NCBI RefSeq assembly: GCF_900100825.1
Contig: NZ_FMUD01000003.1
Coordinates: 1,459-25,458, forward strand
Direction: 5' to 3'
Origin: Agrobacterium sp. DSM 25558
GTDB lineage: Bacteria > Pseudomonadota > Alphaproteobacteria > Rhizobiales > Rhizobiaceae
DNA length: 24,000 nucleotides
The position numbers and the translations under genes were made by a program. Under the pieces are notes generated by a model that worked only from the letters and a program-made list of their open reading frames with translations, was not told the DNA's origin and ran no database searches. Shown piece by piece: positions 18,153-24,000 of this stretch (the stretch's first letter is position 1; every line of letters starts with the position of its first letter).

Positions 18153-18622
18153 TGGATATCGTGAGAATAGGACAAAGCTTGGGGCGCTTCGATGAACTGC
18201 TGGCGCTGATCCGTTCGTCTTTCGCCTACATGGATGGCGTCATCGATCCTCCGTCATCTGCGCATCGCCTGACATCAGAAACTTTAAAGCAGAAAGCGAC
18301 GGACGAAATTGCCTTTGCAGCGCTTGATGGTGAAGACCTGTTGGGCTGTATTTTCTGCAAACCGGAAGCAACAAGCTTGTATGTCGGCAAGCTTGCGGTT
18401 TCTCCGACCGCGCAAGGAAAAGGCGTGGGACGCGCACTGCTCGCCAGGGCCGAGGACATTGCCTCCAGCTTGGGTTTCGCGGCGTTGCGGCTGGAAACGC
18501 GCATCGAGCTGACTGGAAACCATCAGCGGTTTTCGGCATGGGGTTTTACCAAAACTGCTGAAAACTCCCACCCAGGCTATGACAGCATCACCTCTATCGA
18601 AATGACCAAACGCCTGGGCTGA
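18152..18622 (+). CDS. GNAT-family N-acetyltransferase
   Basis: 156 aa from ATG 18152, which overlaps the moeB stop (TAATG). Acetyl-CoA motif A LAVSPTAQGKGVGRALLARAE. The longer track ORF (17972) is an out-of-frame run inside moeB. Confidence 0.8.
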   Translation: MDIVRIGQSLGRFDELLALIRSSFAYMDGVIDPPSSAHRLTSETLKQKATDEIAFAALDGEDLLGCIFCKPEATSLYVGKLAVSPTAQGKGVGRALLARAEDIASSLGFAALRLETRIELTGNHQRFSAWGFTKTAENSHPGYDSITSIEMTKRLG

Positions 18623-18628
18623 AACTCT

Positions 18629-19633
18629 TCAGCTACGCCCCGGCAACACACGGTTGGGCGGGCGATGGCCATCGTAGAAGGCGCGGATGTTGATGATGAC
18701 CTTGTCACCCATGTCGATCCGGCCTTCGATGGTGGCCGAACTCATATGCGGCAGGAGGACAACCTTGCCTTCTTTAGCCAACTTGATGAGCTTTGGGTTT
18801 ACGACCGGTTCGTTTTCGAAAACATCCAGACCTGCACCGGCGATCTTGCCGTCCATCAGGCAGCGAATGAGCGCCGCTTCGTCAATGATATCGCCGCGTG
18901 CCGTGTTGACGATGTAGCTCGTCGGCTGCATCAGCGCCAGATGGCGGGCGGAAATCAGATGGTAGGTAGCGGGGGTCGAGGGGCAGTTGACCGAGACGAT
19001 ATCGACCCGCGCCAACATCTGATCGAGGCTGTCCCAATAGGTCGCCTCAAGCTCTGCTTCCGTTGCCGGGTTCACACGCTTGCGGTTGTGATAATGGATG
19101 GACAGGCCGAATGCCTTGGCGCGGCGCGCAACGGCGGTGCCGATACGTCCCATGCCGACGATACCAATGCGCTTGCCGGACAAACGCCGTCCCAACATCC
19201 ACGTGGGCGACCAGCCGCTCCATTCGTCGGAACCGTTGGCTAACACACGGGTGCCCTCCACCAGTCTGCGCGGAACGGCGAGAACGAGGGCCATGGTCAT
19301 ATCGGCGCTATCTTCGGTCAGCACGTTCGGCGTGTTGGTAACCGTAATGCCTTTGCGAGCCGCCGCATCCACGTCGATGTGGTCGATGCCGTTGGAAAAA
19401 CCGGCAATCAGTTTCAGTTGCGGGCCAGCCTGATCAATCATCTCTGCCGTGATTCGGTCTGTGACGGTCGGCACCAGAACATCCACCTGCTGCATCGCTG
19501 CAACCAGTTGCGCCGTCGTACGCGGGGCGTCCTCTATGTTCAGTTCCGCGTCGAACAACTCGCGCATGCGGGTTTCGACCAAATCCGGCAATTTGCGTGT
19601 CAAATAGACGGAAGGTCTCTTTTTATTCGTCAT
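18629..19633 (-). CDS. D-isomer-specific 2-hydroxyacid dehydrogenase (glyoxylate/hydroxypyruvate reductase-like)
   Basis: 334 aa. NAD-binding motif GIVGMGRIGTAVARRA. The catalytic region NTARG..IDE.AL and GAGLDVFE.EP is typical of the family. Confidence 0.85.
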   Translation of the reverse strand: MTNKKRPSVYLTRKLPDLVETRMRELFDAELNIEDAPRTTAQLVAAMQQVDVLVPTVTDRITAEMIDQAGPQLKLIAGFSNGIDHIDVDAAARKGITVTNTPNVLTEDSADMTMALVLAVPRRLVEGTRVLANGSDEWSGWSPTWMLGRRLSGKRIGIVGMGRIGTAVARRAKAFGLSIHYHNRKRVNPATEAELEATYWDSLDQMLARVDIVSVNCPSTPATYHLISARHLALMQPTSYIVNTARGDIIDEAALIRCLMDGKIAGAGLDVFENEPVVNPKLIKLAKEGKVVLLPHMSSATIEGRIDMGDKVIINIRAFYDGHRPPNRVLPGRS

Positions 19634-19817
19634 CGTCAGCAGGCACCTTGTTCAGAGGTCATTAACCAGAAAGAGCGATAATTTCATTCACCACGGGCGT
19701 TTCTACCAGACCCAACGACGAAGACAAACAAATCTCGCATGTCGCAGTCGCAGCCTTTAGAAACGATGACCCCGATCACACTTCTCTATTGCTAAAAAGC
19801 AAGGAACGGAAACCGGC

Positions 19818-20354
19818 ATGCGTAGCATTGTTTCGATTATCTGCATTGCATTGTCGCTGGGTTTGATCGACGCCGCAAGCACGCCCGCATACGCGCAGGG
19901 TGCAGCCAAGGGCGCTAGCGGCCTGCCGCTGCCACGGTTCGTCAGCCTCAAGTCGCGTCGCGTCAACATGCGCATCGGTCCAAGCACTGATTATGCCGTG
20001 TCGTGGATGTACATGAAATCGGGCATGCCGGTAGAGATTATCCAGGAATACGAAAACTGGCGGCGCATTCGCGATGCGGATGGCACCGAAGGCTGGGTCA
20101 ACCAGGCGCTTCTGTCCGGCGAGAGAACGGCTGTGGCTGCGCCGTGGATGCGTGGCAAAGGCAAGGACGTCTTCGTGAACATGCGCCGCGAAGCGCAGTC
20201 CGGGGCCGCCGTCATTGCCCGGCTGGAGCCAGGCGTTCAGATCAGCATTGGCGAGTGCAATGGCGACTGGTGCCGGGCCCATGCCGGTCAGGTGACCGGC
20301 TGGGTATCTCAAGGCGAAATTTGGGGAGCTTATCCCGGCGAGGCCTTTAAATAA
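19818..20354 (+). CDS. Secreted SH3-like domain protein (COG3807-type, tandem bacterial SH3 domains)
   Basis: 178 aa. Signal peptide MRSIVSIICIALSLGLIDAASTPAYA/QG. It continues LPLPRFVSLKSRRVNMRIGPSTDY.V.W.Y...GMPVEII.EYENWRRIRDADGTEGWV, with a second repeat ending GDWCRAHAGQVTGWV. I chose it over the equal-length antisense ORF 19776-20312, which shows no such features. Confidence 0.75.
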   Translation: MRSIVSIICIALSLGLIDAASTPAYAQGAAKGASGLPLPRFVSLKSRRVNMRIGPSTDYAVSWMYMKSGMPVEIIQEYENWRRIRDADGTEGWVNQALLSGERTAVAAPWMRGKGKDVFVNMRREAQSGAAVIARLEPGVQISIGECNGDWCRAHAGQVTGWVSQGEIWGAYPGEAFK

Positions 20355-21339
20355 GGCCGTGCTTTTCTGCCAGTGCTTTCAGCGATGACATGGGCCGTGG
20401 GCCTACTTGCTGAATGACGGCTGCTGCCGCCAGGCATCCGAGCTTTCCGCTGTCTTCCAGCGAACGGCCCTGCGTGTAGCCATAGAGAAAGCCGGACGCA
20501 AAAAGATCGCCAGCACCCGTCGTGTCCACCACGTCAAAAACCGGGTAGGCCTCGACTTTAATGCGCTCTGTGCCGGAAACGATGGTCGCACCTTCTTCGC
20601 TCATGGTCACGGCCGCGATCTTGCAATCGGCAGCGATCTTCGTCAGCGCCAGCTCGAAGTCGTCGGTCTCGTAGAGCGAGAGCGCTTCCTGCTTGTTGGC
20701 AAAAACGATGTCGACGGTGCCGGAGCGCATGAGATCGAGAAACTCATCGCGGTAACGACCGACGCAGAAACTGTCCGATAGCGTCATCGAGACTTCGCGG
20801 CCATTTTCATGGGCAATCCTGGCGCAATCACGAATGGCGTCCTTGGCCTGTGGTGGGTCCCACAAGTAACCCTCGAAATAGGTAACCTTTGATTGGGCGA
20901 CGACTTCGGGTTCGACGTCCTCGGGCCCGAGATCGACGCAGGCACCCAGATAGGTGTTCATCGAGCGCTCACCGTCTTCGGTGACGAAAATCATTGAGCG
21001 TGCTGTCGGCGGGAATGTGCCCTCCGGTTTGGTCTCGAAATAAACGCCCTGGGCACGGATATCGTGCTGGAAAATCTCACCGAGCTGATCTTCGGCCACT
21101 TTGCCGAAATAGGCCGCGCGTCCGCCGAAGTTGGCGATACCAGCTGCCGTATTGCCAGCGCTGCCGCCGGAGGCTTCCAAAGCTGGGCCCATCAACGAAT
21201 AGAGCAGTTCGGCACGCTCGGCATCAATCAGGTTCATTGCGCCCTTGGTGATGCTATTGGTATTGAGAAAAGCGTCATCGCAGCGGGAGATGATGTCCAC
21301 GATGGCGTTGCCAACGGTCAGTACGTCGAATTTTGTCAT
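20347..21339 (-). CDS. PfkB-family carbohydrate/nucleoside kinase, adenosine kinase-like
   Basis: 330 aa. N-terminal VGNAIVD and GGSAGNTA. C-terminal PfkB signature DTTGAGDLFASGFLYG. GAGAGG lies upstream of the ATG. The specific adenosine kinase assignment is by resemblance to alphaproteobacterial homologs and is not proven. Confidence 0.78.
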   Translation of the reverse strand: MTKFDVLTVGNAIVDIISRCDDAFLNTNSITKGAMNLIDAERAELLYSLMGPALEASGGSAGNTAAGIANFGGRAAYFGKVAEDQLGEIFQHDIRAQGVYFETKPEGTFPPTARSMIFVTEDGERSMNTYLGACVDLGPEDVEPEVVAQSKVTYFEGYLWDPPQAKDAIRDCARIAHENGREVSMTLSDSFCVGRYRDEFLDLMRSGTVDIVFANKQEALSLYETDDFELALTKIAADCKIAAVTMSEEGATIVSGTERIKVEAYPVFDVVDTTGAGDLFASGFLYGYTQGRSLEDSGKLGCLAAAAVIQQVGPRPMSSLKALAEKHGLI

Positions 21340-21545
21340 GTGCCTCTCGTCCGAACCGCATCGAACGATGCGTTATCCAGAACTCGGTCTTAAAGATTTC
21401 TGCCGACATGAAAAGCCAAAACCGCATTCTGGAGGGCGTCGGCACACCCTTGTCGTTAATTTTCCGCGTCATGCATCTGTCATGGAGGATTGTTATAGAA
21501 TGCGCGTCGCTGTGCCACGGATGTACTGGCGCGGCGTGCGGGATG

Positions 21546-21570
21546 AAGGCGGGGGCAACCCCGCTTTTTT
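21546..21570 (+). terminator. Orphan Rho-independent terminator in the intergenic region (no upstream + strand gene)
   Basis: A 6-bp GC stem GCGGGG/CCCCGC (21549-21554 / 21559-21564) is closed by a GCAA GNRA tetraloop and followed directly by TTTTTT (21565-21570). The complementary strand lacks a T-tract after the hairpin, so it is + strand specific. Confidence 0.6.
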
Positions 21571-21687
21571 CTTGCTCTCTTTTTCGTTGCTGTCCGATTG
21601 CGGCAAGCAAGGCAAAATCATTTGTTTGCCTGTGCCATATGCGTTAGACCGAACGCACCCCTGCAAGGCCCGCGAAAGTCCTCCCCC

Positions 21688-22632
21688 ATGTATGCTGTCG
21701 CCGTCAATGTCGCGCCGATTTTTCTTCTTATCCTGATTGGCTGGCTGACGGTCAAAGCGAAGCTCTTCAAGGCGGAAGCTGGCGACGTCCTGAGCGACTT
21801 CGTATTCAAGATTGCGGTCCCGACACTTATTTTTCGCACTCTGGCGGCCGCCGATTTTCACGGTGCGTCACCCTTCAAACTCTGGCTTACCTACTTTACC
21901 GGTGTCGCCATCACCTGGGCGGCCGGACAGTTGGTCACGCGCCATGTGTTCAAACAGGATCTGCGGGTCGGCGTCATCGCTGGCATCTCATCGGCCTTTG
22001 CCAACAATATCTTCATCGGCCTGCCACTTGTCGGTCGCTCCATCGGCAGTGAAGGTATCGTTGCCATTTCCATTCTTCTGGTGGTGCATCTGCCCATCAT
22101 GATGATTGCAGGGACTATTCTGATGGAGAATGCGACCCACAAAGTCACGGGCGGAGACAAGCGCAGCATGTTCACCGTCTTGAAGCAGGTTGGGCGCAAT
22201 CTGGCACAGAACCCGCTGGTGATTGCGCTTGTGCTGGGGCTCGGCTTCAACATGATAAGCGTGCCGATGCCCACTGTGATGACGACGGTCATTGATCAGA
22301 TTGCCGGGATGGCGGGACCGGCGGCGTTGATTTCGCTTGGTATGGCGCTCACCAAATATCCCATTCGCGGCAATCTGCGCATCGCCATGACGATGACGGC
22401 CTTCAAGCTGGTGCTCATGCCAGCCTGTGTCTGGTTGACGGCCCATGCATTAGGCTTGAGCCCGGCATGGACGGCAGCACTGGTTCTGACGTCCTGCGTG
22501 CCAACAGGTATCAATTCCTGGCTGCTGGCCAACCGCTTCGGCATCGGCCACAGCATTGCCGCCTCCACGATCAGCATTTCCACCTTATTCGGGGTGCTGA
22601 CCGTGTCGTTTTGGGCGTGGTTTCTCAGTTGA
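21688..22632 (+). CDS. AEC-family (auxin efflux carrier / MdcF-like) membrane transporter
   Basis: 314 aa from ATG 21688 (MYAVAVNVAPIFLLILIGWL...), the typical AEC N-terminus. About 10 hydrophobic segments. The track ORF start (21598, TTG) adds a non-hydrophobic, non-protein-like extension. Confidence 0.8.
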   Translation: MYAVAVNVAPIFLLILIGWLTVKAKLFKAEAGDVLSDFVFKIAVPTLIFRTLAAADFHGASPFKLWLTYFTGVAITWAAGQLVTRHVFKQDLRVGVIAGISSAFANNIFIGLPLVGRSIGSEGIVAISILLVVHLPIMMIAGTILMENATHKVTGGDKRSMFTVLKQVGRNLAQNPLVIALVLGLGFNMISVPMPTVMTTVIDQIAGMAGPAALISLGMALTKYPIRGNLRIAMTMTAFKLVLMPACVWLTAHALGLSPAWTAALVLTSCVPTGINSWLLANRFGIGHSIAASTISISTLFGVLTVSFWAWFLS

Positions 22633-23652
22633 TTATTTCTGCGCGCTCAGCACCTTGAAGCGCGAGTTGCGGCACACTTCCTGGCTGGAACGGAAGTCCG
22701 TCAACAGAACCGTCTCATAGGGCATGCCGCGATTGGCAACCAGCAATAGCTTGCCGCCGCTTCGCAAAGCCGTTGCGGCAGTTTTGATCAGCGCCTGACC
22801 AAGAGCCGGCTCAGAGGCCTGTCCGGTTGCGTGGAATGGCGGGTTCATGATGATAAGGTCGTATTTTTCCTTCGGCGGCTCTGCAGCCAGATCCTGCCAG
22901 AAGAAACGTGTCGGCAAACGCGGGCAGTTTTCCAGCATGTTGGTTTTTGCGTATTCGAGAGCGTTCCAGTCAGCCTCGAATAGATCGATGCGCGCCGTGC
23001 GCGGCGATTTTTCAGCCAGCATGACGGAGAGATAACCCCAGCCCGCGCCGAAGTCTGCTGCATTGCCATCGAAATCAGCAGGGAAACGTGAGGCCAGAAG
23101 TTCCGAGCCACCATCCACACGGTCATGCGAGAACATGCCGGGCAGGGCCGTGAAGCGGTTTTCGATCGTGGCAATTTCCTGCTTGAGCTTGGAAACGGTC
23201 ATTGAAACCTCTTCCGGTCTTTTGAACCAAATGGCAACGCCGTGATATTTGGGTGTCGAATCTGCTTCGATGCCGAGTTTCGACAGGGTCTTGCGCAGGG
23301 TGGCGATGCCATCTTCCTTGGAACCAGCAGCTACGACCATGCCACCGGCTTTCACACGGCTCAGAGCTTCGGCAACCCGGTTTTCATTTTCACCACGATG
23401 CTTGCCGCACAAGATGAGTGCGCTGTCGAAATCCTCGCCAGAAAGGTCAGGTGTGACCTCGGCACCTTGTGCCTGCAATGCCCGGTAAAGCGGGCGCTGG
23501 CTCTGGACTGCGGTAATCGTGGCATCAAAGCCTTCCAGACGCGGCGCGCCTGCTTCCGCGCCGAGAAACAATACGCGCTCCCCTTGACCGGGTGCGTCAA
23601 GCATCTGCGCAGCGAAGGGATGGAACAGGGTTTTAACGGCGTCACGGCTCAT
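22633..23652 (-). CDS. Class I SAM-dependent methyltransferase, RsmC/RsmD-like 16S rRNA m2G methyltransferase
   Basis: 339 aa. SAM-binding motif ADFGAGWGYLS and N-methyltransferase catalytic motif IIMNPPFH. The two-lobed length is typical of RsmC-like enzymes. Confidence 0.72.
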   Translation of the reverse strand: MSRDAVKTLFHPFAAQMLDAPGQGERVLFLGAEAGAPRLEGFDATITAVQSQRPLYRALQAQGAEVTPDLSGEDFDSALILCGKHRGENENRVAEALSRVKAGGMVVAAGSKEDGIATLRKTLSKLGIEADSTPKYHGVAIWFKRPEEVSMTVSKLKQEIATIENRFTALPGMFSHDRVDGGSELLASRFPADFDGNAADFGAGWGYLSVMLAEKSPRTARIDLFEADWNALEYAKTNMLENCPRLPTRFFWQDLAAEPPKEKYDLIIMNPPFHATGQASEPALGQALIKTAATALRSGGKLLLVANRGMPYETVLLTDFRSSQEVCRNSRFKVLSAQK

Positions 23653-23676
23653 GGGGTGGTTCCTAAGGTCAAATAG

Positions 23677-23705
23677 AAAAAAGGCGCGGGGAAAAGCCCG
23701 CGCCT
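23677..23705 (-). terminator. Rho-independent terminator of pnp
   Basis: Minus-strand reading AGGCGCGGG-CTTTTC-CCCGCGCCT (9-bp stem) followed by TTTTTT. It begins 24 nt after the pnp stop codon. Confidence 0.8.
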
Positions 23706-23729
23706 CGATATCGGATAGCGCAAGCCGCC

Positions 23730-24000
23730 TTATTCGGCAGCTTCGCCTTCGCTCTTCTTCTCAGCCGAAACTTCCTTGCCGGTTGTCTGGTCGACAACCT
23801 TCATGGACAGGCGAACCTTGCCGCGCTCATCGAAGCCCATCAGCTTGACCCAAACCTTGTCGCCTTCCTTGACGACGTCGGAGGTCTTGGCAACACGGTC
23901 GGCTGCCAGCTGCGAGATGTGAACGAGGCCGTCACGTGCGCCGAAGAAGTTGACGAATGCGCCGAAGTCAGCGGTCTTCACGACTGTGCCTTCGTAGATA
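23730..24000 (-). CDS. pnp: Polyribonucleotide nucleotidyltransferase (PNPase), C-terminal S1 domain only. The N-terminus lies beyond the right window edge.
   Basis: S1-domain sequence ...[76 protein letters not shown] followed by an acidic tail. The frame stays open to position 24000. Confidence 0.88.
   Translation of the reverse strand, partial: IYEGTVVKTADFGAFVNFFGARDGLVHISQLAADRVAKTSDVVKEGDKVWVKLMGFDERGKVRLSMKVVDQTTGKEVSAEKKSEGEAAE

Noticed and set aside
17347-18622. A possible microcin C-like cassette: a ThiF/MoeB-like adenylyltransferase, a GNAT (like the MccE immunity domain), and a 7-codon ORF ATGATAATGCTTACATCCTCTTAA (MIMLTSS) at 17347-17370.
   Set aside because: The heptapeptide ends in Ser, not the Asn required for MccB-type adenylation, and it overlaps the recF stop with no SD. 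The E1-like protein has ordinary MoeB length, without the N-terminal peptide-binding extension. No exporter or peptidase genes are present.
19776-20312. A minus-strand 178-aa ORF exactly as long as the + strand SH3-domain ORF it overlaps.
   Set aside because: The + strand product has a signal peptide and the conserved tandem SH3-like pattern. The minus-strand product has neither and is Ala/Arg/His-rich.
21373-21381. A DnaA-box-like sequence TTATCCAGA. I also scanned by eye for CtrA (TTAA-N7-TTAA) and alphaproteobacterial SOS (GTTC-N7-GTTC) motifs near recF and elsewhere.
   Set aside because: The DnaA-like box is a single copy with one mismatch, and there is no cluster. I found no convincing CtrA or SOS box instances. 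The nearest was GTTCTTTAGAAC downstream of the tRNA gene, which has the wrong spacing and symmetry.
21500-21570. A possible ZTP (pfl) riboswitch, because of an ACTGGCG string upstream of the orphan terminator.
   Set aside because: The second conserved half of the motif (CCGCCTGGGC-like pseudoknot partner) is absent. The flanking helices do not fit, and the downstream gene is not a purine or folate gene. I keep it only as an unclassified structured leader/sRNA candidate.
21471-21647. A Cys-rich 58-aa ORF (MHLSWRIVIECASLCHGCTGAACG...FVCLCHMR) in the adenosine kinase/AEC intergenic region. The overlapping track ORFs 21245-21736, 21333-21647, 21275-21610 and 21493-21861 were also considered.
   Set aside because: There is no Shine-Dalgarno sequence. 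The ORF reads straight through the terminator hairpin, and its Cys codons derive from TGC-rich structured sequence. The other ORFs overlap real gene starts out of frame. Only ribosome profiling could revive this idea.

Overview
This window looks like an ordinary, densely packed core-chromosome segment from a GC-rich alphaproteobacterium. Gene content and order resemble Rhizobiaceae (Agrobacterium/Rhizobium-like); that is an inference, since no search was possible. I can support 26 protein-coding genes (two cut by the window edges) and one tRNA. From left to right: coaBC (edge-truncated). A nine-gene minus-strand nucleoside uptake and catabolism operon: BMP-family binding protein, double ABC ATPase, two permeases, cdd, purine nucleoside phosphorylase, deoC, deoA. 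Then msrA with a small membrane protein, and tRNA-Ser(GGA). A fructose-type ABC locus with a divergent ROK regulator (frcR / frcB-frcC-frcA-frcK layout). Then recF-moeB-GNAT, a D-2-hydroxyacid dehydrogenase, a secreted SH3-domain protein, a PfkB adenosine kinase, an AEC-family transporter, an RsmC-like methyltransferase, and the 3' end of pnp with its terminator. Every long unassigned ORF in the six-frame track is an antisense or alternate-frame shadow of one of these genes. I see no integrase, transposase, CRISPR, toxin-antitoxin, restriction or other defence-type gene, and no unexplained multi-gene block, so I do not think this window holds a novel system. The signals most worth checking are small and non-coding. 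(1) An orphan plus-strand intrinsic terminator sits inside the 348-nt adenosine kinase/AEC intergenic region, suggesting an sRNA or an attenuating leader. (2) A 304-nt control region lies upstream of the nucleoside operon, with a perfect 12-bp palindrome and no adjacent regulator gene. (3) Stem-loops follow the binding-protein gene in both ABC operons. (4) Three convergent gene pairs have no room for terminators. (5) The pnp terminator lies only 24 nt before the next start codon. Start codons were re-chosen from the ORF track where N-terminal homology and Shine-Dalgarno context argued for a shorter gene. All coordinates come from reading the sequence by hand.
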